36,102 bases of DNA, from the IMG/VR virus record IMGVR_UViG_3300032291_002057, positions 78,305 to 114,406 of that record; one strand, written 5' to 3'. The notes below the pieces were generated by a model. It saw only the letters and a program-made list of their open reading frames with translations, had not been told where the DNA came from and searched no databases. A program made the position numbers and the translations under genes. This document shows positions 1-8,832 of the stretch, one piece after another (positions within the stretch are counted from its first letter, which is position 1; each line of letters starts with the position of its first letter). The stretch comes from a virus (Duplodnaviria; Heunggongvirae; Uroviricota; Caudoviricetes).

Positions 1-1
1 T

Positions 2-502
2 GTTACACGTTTAAGTGCAGGTACAGGTATTAATTTAAGTGGTAGCAACGGTAACGTAACTGTGTCTGCTACTATAACCGGTGGTACGGTAACAAGCGTA
101 GGGTTATCTAGTTCTTCACTAACAGTCACTAATAGTCCAGTTACAACGACAGGTACAATGACTGTTGATTTACCGGCTAATGTAACAATCACTGGTCAAC
201 TTTTATTAAACAACGGACAAAACTTAGCGAATGGCGGGGCGGCAAACTTAGCTGTTACAGCAAGCTACTTCACAACAACTGGTGCAAGTACTGCTACATT
301 AGCAGCCGGTACATCAGGTCAAATAAAAACATTTATGATGGTAGCTGACGGTGGTGACATGGTTATTACTGTTACTAACGCTGGTTGGAAATCAAGTGGT
401 ACTGGAACTATTACATTTGGAGATATAGGTGATGGGTGTACATTGCAATATATGAACAGTAAGTGGTACTGTATCGGACAAAACGGCGTTGCATTCGCAT
501 AA
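2..502 (+). CDS. C-terminal part of a virion structural/tail-fibre-like protein (5' truncated by window edge)
   Basis: Frame is open from base 2 (VTRLSAGTGINLSGSNGNVTV...) through the 62..502 ORF; Gly/Thr/Ser-rich beta-strand repeats. Confidence 0.7.
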   Translation, partial: VTRLSAGTGINLSGSNGNVTVSATITGGTVTSVGLSSSSLTVTNSPVTTTGTMTVDLPANVTITGQLLLNNGQNLANGGAANLAVTASYFTTTGASTATLAAGTSGQIKTFMMVADGGDMVITVTNAGWKSSGTGTITFGDIGDGCTLQYMNSKWYCIGQNGVAFA

Positions 503-515
503 TTAGGAAAACTAA

Positions 516-1259
516 ATGGCAACAACAATAAAAATTACACAATTGCCGAGTATAGGTAATGGTCTATCTGCAAATACAATACTACCAGTAGTTAATACAA
601 CCGGTACAGCAATCACTGCTAAAGTAGCGGTAAGCAATGTTGCTAACTTTATCTTAACCGAAGCAGGTAACACATTACAACCAGCATTTCTATCTACTAT
701 TGCATATTCAGTTGCAAACTCTGCACAGCCAAATATTACTAGTGTTGGCACATTGAGTGTTAACACATTAAAAATTTCAGGTGGCACTAATGGACGATAT
801 TTACAAACTGATGGTACAGGTAATCTAGCATGGGTAGCCGGCGGTGGTTCGGGTAACGGTGTAGTTGGTGGTTCAAATACACAAATACAATTTAACGATG
901 CTGGTAGTTTTGGTGGTCAATCAGGTTTCACATTTAACAAAGTAACAAATGTACTAGCTACGCCAGGTAATATAACAGCTACTGGCAACATTATTGGTGC
1001 TAGCTTAACAACAAGTGGTGTATTATCAGTTATAGGTAATGCTAATATAGGTAACATAGGCACAGCCAGTGTAGTATCTACAACTAGCGTTACAACAACT
1101 CCAACAGCCTATGCTAATCTAATTGCAGTAGCTGGTGCCCGTGCATTTATCAACAACGGTAACTTAGCGGCTTCAGGTAACTTTGGGGCACAAGTCATTG
1201 GTGGTGGTTCAAATTTAGTTCCTGTATGGTGTAACGGAACTAATTGGTATATTGGATAA
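516..1259 (+). CDS. Tail fibre/virion structural protein
   Basis: AGGA SD upstream; G/N/T/A-rich; AQPNITSVGTL and GGSNTQIQFND..FGG motifs shared with the next gene; ends in W-Y-I-G like its neighbours. Confidence 0.7.
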   Translation: MATTIKITQLPSIGNGLSANTILPVVNTTGTAITAKVAVSNVANFILTEAGNTLQPAFLSTIAYSVANSAQPNITSVGTLSVNTLKISGGTNGRYLQTDGTGNLAWVAGGGSGNGVVGGSNTQIQFNDAGSFGGQSGFTFNKVTNVLATPGNITATGNIIGASLTTSGVLSVIGNANIGNIGTASVVSTTSVTTTPTAYANLIAVAGARAFINNGNLAASGNFGAQVIGGGSNLVPVWCNGTNWYIG

Positions 1260-1286
1260 AAATTAAAAAAATAAAGGAAAAACAAA

Positions 1287-3635
1287 ATGGCAATATTTAA
1301 TAATAAACCAGCTTCTGTAGGACTAAGTGATCCAAAACTAGTTCGTCAAACAGAAACAGCATTAGCACAGGCAGCAATCATTGCTAGAGGCAAAACAACA
1401 GTAACTAGTGCAGGTGAACTTATTTTACCTAACACTACATTAGCAGTAGGTGCAAACTCAGTATCTACTACAACTAGTGCTAACAATAGTTCTGCTGATA
1501 TTGTTACTGTATATTCAGGCCAAGGTGCGATATATGCTAGTTCGATTGATCAAACTGTAAATCAAACAGTTGTTAATCAGATTGGCGTAAATTCTATTGT
1601 AGCAGGAAATAATATTACTATTACATCAACCGGAACTTCTCAAGGTACCGGTATTGTTACAGTAAATGCAGTACTTGATGGTAATAATGCTCCTGGCGGT
1701 AGTAACACACAAATTCAATTTAATGATGGTGGTGTGTTTGGTGGTAATGCAGGGTTTACATTTAATAAAACAACCGGAGTATTAGCTGCACCATTTTTCA
1801 GTGGTCCTGGAAATAGTTTAAGTAATATTCAAGGTACAAACGTAACTGGTGCAGTTGCATTTGCTGGTACTGCTAACTCAGTAGCACTTGCAAACGTATC
1901 AGGTGCAGGTAACATTGCAAGCATTAACTTAACTGGTAGCACAAGTAATATCTTATACGGCAACGGAGTATTTGCGGCAGTAGCTATAAGCGCAGGCATT
2001 GCTAACGGTACTTCAAATGTAACTGTTCCTGCTGTTAATGGAAACGTCAATATTGTATCTGCTGGCAATACAACAATGGTTGTTACTGGCACAGGTGCTA
2101 ACATCACAGGTACGTTAAGTGTCAGTAGTAATGCTAATATTGGTAATATTGGTGCAACATTATTTGTTGGTAATATCAGTGGTACTGGTAATAGTAACGT
2201 AGGCAATTTAGGATTTGGTGCCGGTGTTATAAGTGGTACTGGCAATATAACAGCAGGTAATATCATAGGTAATGGACAAGCATTAACTGGATTAGCAGGT
2301 GCTAATGTGTCAGGTTTTGTTCCTAATGCCAATGTTGCTAATACCGCATTCTCTGTAGCAGCCGCTAATGTTTCAGGATTAGGCAATATCGCAACCATAA
2401 ACATAAATGGAAATAACCAAACATGGTTAGCAGGCAATGGTGTATTTGCTAATATTGTTGTTCCTTCTGTTGGTAACATCGCAACAATCAACTTAGATGG
2501 TAATAGTTCTAATGTACTTAGAGGTGATGGTACGTTTGCGGCAGATGCTAATAGTAGTTACGGAAACAGCAACGTTGCAACATTCTTAGCAAGTTACGGC
2601 AGTAATACAATGACTACAACTGGTAATGTATCAGTTGGTAATATCATAGGTAACGGACAAGCATTGACTGGGTTAACAGGTGCTAATGTGTCAGGGCAAG
2701 TAGGTAACGCATTAGTAGCCGGCACAGTATACACAAATGCACAACCAAATATTACAAGTACAGGTATACTTGCAAGTTTAAGTGTTTCTGGTAATGCTAA
2801 CGTAGGTAATATTGGTACTGCTCAAGTTCTTGCTTCTGCTAATGTTACTACACCGCAATTTATATCTAATGTTATAACTGGCACTGCTCCGTTTGTTGTA
2901 ACAAGCACAACACAAGTTGCTAATTTAAATGTAGCAACATCAGGTGTAGCAAATACAGTAAATGATGCGACTCAATCTAACATCACAAGTGTTGGTACAT
3001 TAACATCTGTTTCTGTGTCGGGTAATGCTAACGTTGGCAACTTAGGCACAACAACAGCAATCATTACAACTGGTAACATCACTACTATTAACAGCGGTTT
3101 ACTACAAAATGGTAATAGCAATATTACTATAACTGCTAATGGTAACGTAACTATTGCCGCAATTGGTAATGCAACAATGACTGTAACTGGTACAGGTGCA
3201 AACATAACAGGTACATTAAGTGCTAGTGGTAATGCTAACGTTGCTAATATTGGTGCTACAGATGGTGTGTTTACCGGAAACATAAGTGGCAATACAAACG
3301 GTTTTACTATCGGTTACTTGAACATTCCGCAAGTTGCGGCAGCTAATGCTACACTTGCATTAACTGATGCAGGTAAACATTACTACTCAACTACTGCTGG
3401 TAACTTGACATTGACTATTCCTCTTAATTCAAGTGTAGCATTTGCTACTGGTACAGCAATCAGTGTTGTTGTTCAAGCGGCAGGCAACGTGTTAGTCAAT
3501 GCGGCATCAGGTGTAACGTTGTATATGGGAGGCAATGCAACTGCTGGCAACAGAGTTATAAGTACTTATGGTATGGCAACACTAATGAAAGTAGCAAGTG
3601 ATACTTGGTTCATTAACGGTACAGGAGTAGCATAA
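1287..3635 (+). CDS. Long tail fibre-like protein with internal repeats (782 aa)
   Basis: AAGGA SD; repeated ANVGNIG, GNIIGNGQALTGL, NITSVGTL and GGSNTQIQFND units. Confidence 0.75.
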   Translation: MAIFNNKPASVGLSDPKLVRQTETALAQAAIIARGKTTVTSAGELILPNTTLAVGANSVSTTTSANNSSADIVTVYSGQGAIYASSIDQTVNQTVVNQIGVNSIVAGNNITITSTGTSQGTGIVTVNAVLDGNNAPGGSNTQIQFNDGGVFGGNAGFTFNKTTGVLAAPFFSGPGNSLSNIQGTNVTGAVAFAGTANSVALANVSGAGNIASINLTGSTSNILYGNGVFAAVAISAGIANGTSNVTVPAVNGNVNIVSAGNTTMVVTGTGANITGTLSVSSNANIGNIGATLFVGNISGTGNSNVGNLGFGAGVISGTGNITAGNIIGNGQALTGLAGANVSGFVPNANVANTAFSVAAANVSGLGNIATININGNNQTWLAGNGVFANIVVPSVGNIATINLDGNSSNVLRGDGTFAADANSSYGNSNVATFLASYGSNTMTTTGNVSVGNIIGNGQALTGLTGANVSGQVGNALVAGTVYTNAQPNITSTGILASLSVSGNANVGNIGTAQVLASANVTTPQFISNVITGTAPFVVTSTTQVANLNVATSGVANTVNDATQSNITSVGTLTSVSVSGNANVGNLGTTTAIITTGNITTINSGLLQNGNSNITITANGNVTIAAIGNATMTVTGTGANITGTLSASGNANVANIGATDGVFTGNISGNTNGFTIGYLNIPQVAAANATLALTDAGKHYYSTTAGNLTLTIPLNSSVAFATGTAISVVVQAAGNVLVNAASGVTLYMGGNATAGNRVISTYGMATLMKVASDTWFINGTGVA
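2256..2695 (+). repeat. 59-bp imperfect direct repeat within the tail fibre gene (2256-2314 and 2637-2695)
   Basis: ggtaatatcataggtaa(t/c)ggacaagcatt(a/g)actgg..t(t)a.caggtgctaatgtgtcagg occurs twice and encodes GNIIGNGQALTGL.GANVSG. Confidence 0.85.
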
Positions 3636-4378
3636 TGAGTGGCATAATGATGACTATGATGAATAATGTAGCGGGAGCAAATGTAACTTATGTTCCGCTA
3701 GCAGGAAGTTTGTCATTCAACGGAAGCAGTCAGTATCTTAGTATGGCGCCGGGTTTTGCATTAGGTACCGGTGCTTACACTATAGAAGGTTGGTGTTACA
3801 ACAACAGTAGTTATGCATCTCAAAAGTCATTAGTTGCTACAGATCAATCAGGCGCACTAAGTCTATTCAACACTGACGCACAATCATTTACCTTAGACAA
3901 ATATGGTGGCGGTGGTGCAAGAACTTATACTTTTCCCAGTAACACCTTACAGGTCAACCAGTGGCAGTATATCATACTAAACCGCAATGCTAGCACTCAA
4001 ATAGAAACTATGTACGTGGGTACTTTCGTCAATACCAGTTCTTATGTAATCTGCAATCGTGCTACCGGTGCCGCAGGTGGGACAAGTGTTAGCGGTGGAA
4101 CACAAGTCAACAATCTTGATTACACAGGTGTTTGTAACTGGATAGGCAGATTCTACGGCGGATATTGGTCTGGCTTCATTACCAACCTTAGAGCCACTGT
4201 GGGCACAGCAGTTTATGACAGCACCATTAGCACTGTGACCGCACCCGCATTTCCATTGACCAGCCTAGCTAATACCAAGTACTTGATGTTAGGTGCTGAT
4301 GTGACCACAGACACATCAGGCACGCAAACTGTGACCAATAATGGTACAGTAACACAAACTGCTACTGTACCATTCTAA
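3635..4378 (+). CDS. LamG/concanavalin-A-like lectin-domain virion protein
   Basis: GSLSFNGSSQYL...YTIEGW...QW.YI...G.ITNLR pattern typical of LamG-like domains; TAATG overlap with the upstream gene. Confidence 0.7.
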   Translation: MSGIMMTMMNNVAGANVTYVPLAGSLSFNGSSQYLSMAPGFALGTGAYTIEGWCYNNSSYASQKSLVATDQSGALSLFNTDAQSFTLDKYGGGGARTYTFPSNTLQVNQWQYIILNRNASTQIETMYVGTFVNTSSYVICNRATGAAGGTSVSGGTQVNNLDYTGVCNWIGRFYGGYWSGFITNLRATVGTAVYDSTISTVTAPAFPLTSLANTKYLMLGADVTTDTSGTQTVTNNGTVTQTATVPF

Positions 4379-4385
4379 TACAAAA

Positions 4386-5228
4386 ATGAAACAAGACCCA
4401 CGAACAATAATAGATACAAGTCAGGATCATACCTTTCACCCTCCTGCCGACAAAAAAGTATTAGTAGATAGGACACTTGAAGACAAATTTAGTTTGATTT
4501 GGAAGGCTGATAAACTAGATACCAGAGATTACAAATATCAAGTAACATCTAAAGTAAGTCCTAATACTGTAGATTTAAGAAGTTATTGTAGCCCAATAGA
4601 AAATCAAGGTAGTCTTGGTAGCTGTACTGGTCAAGCAATTGCAGGAGCAATAGAACTATTAAACAAGCGTAGTGGTAAGCCAACCGATGTTAGTAGATTG
4701 TTTATCTATTACTATGAACGATTATTACTTGGTACAGTTAACTACGATAGTGGTGCTTATATACGTGATGGTATTAAAGCAACAAATCATTATGGTGCAA
4801 GTTTAGAATCACTATGGCCACATGATGTTAGAAAGTTTAAACAAGAACCAATTATTGAAGCAAAAAATGATGCATTAAATCGTAAAGTAACACGATATGA
4901 AAGGATAACAAACTTCAATGGATGTATAGATGCATTAACAAATGGATATCCAGTTATAATAGGTTTTCATGTATATACCAGTTTTATGTCTACTATTGTA
5001 GCACGTACTGGTAATATGCCTTATCCAAACATAAGGCGTGAACGATTGTTAGGTGGTCATGCTGTATTATTAGTTGGTTATAACAAAAATAAAAAAGTTT
5101 TTATTGCACGTAATAGCTGGGGAACTAGTTGGGGAGACAAAGGGTATTTTTATATGCCATTTCAAGTTATACAGAATCAAACTATGAGCGGAGACTTTTG
5201 GATAATCAATTCAGTAAATAATCCATAA
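4386..5228 (+). CDS. Papain-family (C1A) cysteine peptidase
   Basis: VDLR..CSPIENQGSLGSC (oxyanion Q, catalytic C), GGHAV (catalytic H), RNSWG..WGDKGYF (catalytic N). Confidence 0.92.
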   Translation: MKQDPRTIIDTSQDHTFHPPADKKVLVDRTLEDKFSLIWKADKLDTRDYKYQVTSKVSPNTVDLRSYCSPIENQGSLGSCTGQAIAGAIELLNKRSGKPTDVSRLFIYYYERLLLGTVNYDSGAYIRDGIKATNHYGASLESLWPHDVRKFKQEPIIEAKNDALNRKVTRYERITNFNGCIDALTNGYPVIIGFHVYTSFMSTIVARTGNMPYPNIRRERLLGGHAVLLVGYNKNKKVFIARNSWGTSWGDKGYFYMPFQVIQNQTMSGDFWIINSVNNP

Positions 5229-5256
5229 AAAAAGCCCCATTAGGGGCTTTTTTATT
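5226..5256. terminator. Bidirectional rho-independent terminator
   Basis: aaaaaaagcccc-atta-ggggctttttt between convergent gene blocks, with A-tract and T-tract flanks. Confidence 0.9.
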
Positions 5257-5458
5257 TCAAGCGTGATAGCATGTAATTGGTATACATTCGTTCACACATT
5301 GCTGGAATTTCTACAAACGGATCCTCAAGATAAAATGGACAACCGTTTTTCCATTTCTGTTTATCTTTAAAATATTTTAATTCAAGCAAGTCTTTTTTAT
5401 TGGCTGGATTGAATTCCCTACGAGGGTTAAATGCTTTTCGGAATGTATGTAGACTCAT
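5252..5458 (-). CDS. Hypothetical protein
   Basis: 68-aa ORF colinear with the - strand block; ends at the terminator. Confidence 0.7.
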   Translation of the reverse strand: MSLHTFRKAFNPRREFNPANKKDLLELKYFKDKQKWKNGCPFYLEDPFVEIPAMCERMYTNYMLSRLK

Positions 5459-5460
5459 AG

Positions 5461-5670
5461 TTATACGTCTCGGTCCATTTCGCCGGCTTCTTTGACTAAT
5501 GACAATACTTCATCCAATGTGTTGCACAAGATTTTAGCATTCACATAATCACCCTTTTTGTTACGGCCGCCGGCTTCTACCATAAAGCCATTGTCGTACA
5601 TATTGATTGTAAATGATTCATTTACCTTTGTTAACTTGTCTCCAAGTTTGCTTACTGATTTAGATGCCAT
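5461..5670 (-). CDS. Hypothetical protein
   Basis: AAGGA SD; 69 aa; tight packing. Confidence 0.75.
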   Translation of the reverse strand: MASKSVSKLGDKLTKVNESFTINMYDNGFMVEAGGRNKKGDYVNAKILCNTLDEVLSLVKEAGEMDRDV

Positions 5671-5713
5671 TTTGTTTCCTTATATAGGTAAAGGCGCAGT
5701 TGCGCCTTTACTA

Positions 5714-6100
5714 TTACTTAACACCAACTTCTGCCAAGATTTGTTCAGCGGACACTTCTTGAGTTGGAGACTTTTTAGCACGTGCCTTAAGATTAGCCAT
5801 GCTGGGCTTAGCCTTAGTAGACTTAACCTTGACTTCGCCCTTGCTTGCCTCTTTGACACGATCATCCAAAGAATCAGCAATAGTAGCCTGATCACTAGGT
5901 GATTGAAATTCAGCATGAGATTGAAGATACTTGAGAGCCTCGACCTTTGTCATTTCGCTAGGCAACTCAACCAAGTCAATACGACTTGCGCCACCCTTAG
6001 TGAATTGTTTGATACGACGGATCATATCATCAGTGAAACGAACCTTAGTATTACCATTGTGAGTAGTAATACCTGCGACTTTGAAAGTTTGATTAGCCAT
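5714..6100 (-). CDS. Hypothetical protein with Lys-rich C-terminus (start revised to MANQTFKV)
   Basis: AAGGA SD before ATG at 6100; own sigma70 promoter. Confidence 0.75.
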   Translation of the reverse strand: MANQTFKVAGITTHNGNTKVRFTDDMIRRIKQFTKGGASRIDLVELPSEMTKVEALKYLQSHAEFQSPSDQATIADSLDDRVKEASKGEVKVKSTKAKPSMANLKARAKKSPTQEVSAEQILAEVGVK

Positions 6101-6156
6101 TTTGTTTCCTTTAAAGATATAGCTAGTTAATAAAATATGTCTTGCGACACAATATA

Positions 6157-6185
6157 ATGATAACACAGGTAGTTTCCAATGTCAA
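6157..6185 (-). promoter_or_regulatory. sigma70-type early promoter
   Basis: TTGACA-17bp-TATCAT on - strand. Confidence 0.75.
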
Positions 6186-6206
6186 CCACCAATGTTACCA
6201 AAATAC

Positions 6207-6362
6207 TCATGCGAGGTTAGCTGATTCGGACATCAACAACCTACCATACATACTGCGGGCCATTCCAATTGCCGCAAAAGGATTATCTGCTTGAATAGTC
6301 ACACGACTAAAGCCTGCACCCGGTTCATCTTTGTATTTTACCAATACCCAATACGTGTTCAT
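6207..6362 (-). CDS. Small hypothetical protein, 51 aa, absent from the ORF track (MNTYWVLVKYKDEPGAGFSRVTIQADNPFAAIGMARSMYGRLLMSESANLA)
   Basis: Manual translation; ATGA overlap with the stop of 6359..6589; fills the gap. Confidence 0.7.
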   Translation of the reverse strand: MNTYWVLVKYKDEPGAGFSRVTIQADNPFAAIGMARSMYGRLLMSESANLA

Positions 6363-6589
6363 ACTTTACCTTTCAGAGTAAATTTACCAAGAAGATTTTT
6401 TGCCTTAGAGAAATCGGTAATGTCATCAGTTACCTCAACTCTTTTTAAGACAAGTTCGGCGCGGGCCATTTCGAATAATTGATTTGTATATTCCGCATAT
6501 TCATCACTAATTGTTTGCAACCAAATATCATATTCTTCCTCAGAAAGGGACATGATAAATTGTAAATTGCGTTGGTCTTCTTTATTCAT
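6359..6589 (-). CDS. Hypothetical protein
   Basis: Acidic 76-aa ORF abutting neighbours. Confidence 0.7.
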   Translation of the reverse strand: MNKEDQRNLQFIMSLSEEEYDIWLQTISDEYAEYTNQLFEMARAELVLKRVEVTDDITDFSKAKNLLGKFTLKGKV

Positions 6590-7003
6590 TCAAGCCTCCA
6601 CTACGTAGTCAGCATTCCACTTACCGATATTAACATTCACATACCAACCTACGTTGAAGTAGTCGGATTGGATATCACTTTTATCCCAATTACCGTCGTT
6701 CATTGCAGTCAACACCTCGGTCAAGAATGCCTTAGCATCACCGTCATAGTGTTCATGGAACCAGTAAGGGTTAACATCACAATAACCACGAGTATTGGGC
6801 TTGAAACCTTTTGCAACCTGATAAAAATTATTACCACACACACGGTTGCTGTTGCCGATAAAATCAATCTTACCGGACTTGAGAGTCAACACCAAACTTG
6901 AATGATGACGGACACTCAACGAACCCTTGATACCATACTTTTTAAGCACAGCCTTGACTTTAGGGGCGATTTCTGATTTGCGTTCTTGAGACATGTAAGC
7001 CAT
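6590..7003 (-). CDS. Hypothetical early protein
   Basis: AGGAG SD within the repeated leader cassette; 137 aa. Confidence 0.8.
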   Translation of the reverse strand: MAYMSQERKSEIAPKVKAVLKKYGIKGSLSVRHHSSLVLTLKSGKIDFIGNSNRVCGNNFYQVAKGFKPNTRGYCDVNPYWFHEHYDGDAKAFLTEVLTAMNDGNWDKSDIQSDYFNVGWYVNVNIGKWNADYVVEA

Positions 7004-7009
7004 TTGAAA

Positions 7010-7068
7010 ACTCCTTTAATCAACTGAACAGACTATAGTATAAGCCCAAACCGATTCATTGTCAACCG
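7010..7068 (-). promoter_or_regulatory. Early promoter-leader cassette copy 1
   Basis: TTGACA(7060-65)-17-TATACT(7037-42)-atagtctgttcagttgattaaaggag. Confidence 0.9.
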
Positions 7069-7070
7069 TT

Positions 7071-7337
7071 TTAAACGTCCCACTGATGACCGCGGAAGTA
7101 AGAAACTTGTACTTCCGTAGTGCCGCTACCGGGGTGATAGTCTTTGTTGACAACAAAGCCCTCGGCCTTCAAAAAAGTTTCCAAACGACTACGGGTTTCA
7201 GGACCAGTAGTGTCAACATAAATCATGGACCGTTTGCCATAGGTTTCATTATGGACCGCTTTCAACCCATTTTTAGTGTATTTGTCGGTATTGAAAAACT
7301 TGTCAAGAACCACGAAAAGTTGCTTTTTGGACTTCAT
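7071..7337 (-). CDS. Hypothetical early protein
   Basis: SD within cassette copy 2. Confidence 0.75.
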   Translation of the reverse strand: MKSKKQLFVVLDKFFNTDKYTKNGLKAVHNETYGKRSMIYVDTTGPETRSRLETFLKAEGFVVNKDYHPGSGTTEVQVSYFRGHQWDV

Positions 7338-7343
7338 TTGTTT

Positions 7344-7400
7344 ACTCCTTTAATCAACAGAACAGACTATAGTATAAACCCAAAACGATTTATTGTCAAC
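7344..7400 (-). promoter_or_regulatory. Early promoter-leader cassette copy 2
   Basis: TTGACA(7394-99)-17-TATACT(7371-76)-atagtctgttctgttgattaaaggag. Confidence 0.9.
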
Positions 7401-7405
7401 CCGTT

Positions 7406-7588
7406 TTATGAATTCATTGTTTCAAAAGGACTGAATACTTCAGTATTACTTTCTTCATCTTCCATAGATTCAAGGGTATCATACACCAACCCAAGAGGAA
7501 CATCCAATCGTTTTGCAATTGCTGTAGGGTGAACACCATCTTCCAACATTTCTTGAATATCAATAGACAACTCTGACATTTTACTCAT
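7406..7588 (-). CDS. Hypothetical acidic protein
   Basis: 60 aa; ATGA overlap with the upstream gene. Confidence 0.7.
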   Translation of the reverse strand: MSKMSELSIDIQEMLEDGVHPTAIAKRLDVPLGLVYDTLESMEDEESNTEVFSPFETMNS

Positions 7589-7797
7589 TTTGAACTCACA
7601 TTAGTTTTAAACAAAAATCCACACAAAATAGTGATGCCCCAAGCCTGTAGCCAGGACACTTCACTAACACCTGCAACAGCATCAACCAAGCAACCGTTCC
7701 ACAACATATAGACTGGCCAACTTAGCAAGAAACTAAGAAATAAAAGTCCAACAATAGCAATGAAAATTGCCCCAACCGTAACAGCAAATTTTTCCAT
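7585..7797 (-). CDS. Small membrane protein (2 TM)
   Basis: Two hydrophobic stretches; GGAG SD. Confidence 0.7.
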   Translation of the reverse strand: MEKFAVTVGAIFIAIVGLLFLSFLLSWPVYMLWNGCLVDAVAGVSEVSWLQAWGITILCGFLFKTNVSSK

Positions 7798-7802
7798 AAT
7801 TA

Positions 7803-8069
7803 TTACTCCGAAAATTCGTACATGTATTGTGCAACACTGGGATCCAATTTGATAAGATCCTTTGCCGCGCCAGTCAAAGCACGATAACGGGCTTGCACCT
7901 GACTACGGGGCAGTTCGCCGTCACAAGAAAGATTCTCAGGACTCAATGCGGCATCAATCATTTCTGCCACACGTTTGCGGCCTTCAGGGGTATTAATCTC
8001 ATATTGAGGACCCTTGAACATAGCGTTCCACTTATTTTGTTGAGAGATGTATGCAGTAAGTGCTTTCAT
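7803..8069 (-). CDS. Hypothetical early protein (start revised to MKALTAY)
   Basis: AAGGA SD in cassette copy 3. Confidence 0.75.
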   Translation of the reverse strand: MKALTAYISQQNKWNAMFKGPQYEINTPEGRKRVAEMIDAALSPENLSCDGELPRSQVQARYRALTGAAKDLIKLDPSVAQYMYEFSE

Positions 8070-8074
8070 TTCAT

Positions 8075-8131
8075 TTCCTTTAATCAACTGAACAAGAATG
8101 TATTTTATACCCAACTTGATTTATTGTCAAG
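8075..8131 (-). promoter_or_regulatory. Early promoter-leader cassette copy 3
   Basis: TTGACA(8125-30)-17-TAAAAT(8102-07)-...cttgttcagttgattaaagga. Confidence 0.85.
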
Positions 8132-8393
8132 CCCGGTATGTATTATAGCCACGGATTTTGCTTTGACGGTTAGTGTGACTTTCATTGAATTTAATTTCAT
8201 AACCACGCCCACGGAGAGCACCAACCAACAACGACAAATCACAGTCCTCTTCCAGGAAAGCATTCTCACCCTTTTGATAACTGTACGTGGAAATTTTATC
8301 AGCGATACCAAGACTAACCAGTTTGGACTTTGCAATACGTGCCCAAGCATGACCGGGGTCTGCAAAAACTTTGATAGAGATTTTTTTAGCCAT
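8127..8393 (-). CDS. Hypothetical early protein (start revised to MAKKISIK)
   Basis: AAGGA SD in cassette copy 4; DPGH.W and LEED.D motifs. Confidence 0.75.
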   Translation of the reverse strand: MAKKISIKVFADPGHAWARIAKSKLVSLGIADKISTYSYQKGENAFLEEDCDLSLLVGALRGRGYEIKFNESHTNRQSKIRGYNTYRA

Positions 8394-8398
8394 TTCGT

Positions 8399-8454
8399 TT
8401 CCTTCAATCAACTGAACAAACTACAGTATAAGCCCAAACTGATTTGTTGTCAAG
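8399..8454 (-). promoter_or_regulatory. Early promoter-leader cassette copy 4
   Basis: TTGACA(8448-53)-17-TATACT(8425-30)-gtagtttgttcagttgattgaagga. Confidence 0.88.
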
Positions 8455-8470
8455 TTTGGGCATGTTGTTT

Positions 8471-8764
8471 TTACGCAACAGTCAACATGCTAGCGGGCAC
8501 TCGCCAATTTCCGAATGCTTTGCCAGTTTCACGGACAATGATAAATTTACGATTTATTTTTTCAACAGTGCCGGTCACAGGCATGCCAGTGCGGCTATTT
8601 GTAAATTTGACAATTGTTCCCACAGTCATTTCACGTTTGTTTTGTTTTGCAATTTGGGTGCGGGCAAATTTGATAGCATCACCAATGCTAGTCAATTCTT
8701 CGTTAGTGAAATTACCAAACATAATTGCTTGATTAACTTGTTGGATTTGGGAAAGACGTTCCAT
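8471..8764 (-). CDS. Hypothetical early protein, possible SH3-like C-terminus
   Basis: VG..V.F...TG.V.KINRK.I.V pattern; SD in cassette copy 5. Confidence 0.7.
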   Translation of the reverse strand: MERLSQIQQVNQAIMFGNFTNEELTSIGDAIKFARTQIAKQNKREMTVGTIVKFTNSRTGMPVTGTVEKINRKFIIVRETGKAFGNWRVPASMLTVA

Positions 8765-8770
8765 TTGAAA

Positions 8771-8829
8771 ACTCCTTTAATCAACTGAACAGACTATAGT
8801 ATAAGCCCAAAATGATTTGTTGTCAACCG
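8771..8829 (-). promoter_or_regulatory. Early promoter-leader cassette copy 5
   Basis: TTGACA(8821-26)-17-TATACT(8798-8803)-atagtctgttcagttgattaaaggag; near-identical to copy 1. Confidence 0.9.
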
Positions 8830-8832
8830 TTT

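Noticed and set aside
319-3292. Minus-strand ORFs 319..528, 512..787, 1829..2491 and 2972..3292
   Set aside because: Antisense shadows of low-complexity Gly/Asn/Thr tail genes; no SD and no recognisable motifs
1287-4378. Diversity-generating retroelement acting on tail fibres
   Set aside because: No reverse transcriptase, and no TR/VR pair differing specifically at adenines; the 59-bp repeat differs mainly at third codon positions
7059-8788. Long plus-strand ORFs 7059..7532, 7827..8732 (301 aa) and 8444..8788
   Set aside because: They run antisense across several well-supported minus-strand genes and their promoters; composition looks non-coding
7010-8829. Repeats as a possible CRISPR array
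   Set aside because: Repeats are ~55-60 bp promoter/SD sequences separated by whole genes of 270-420 bp; no cas genes
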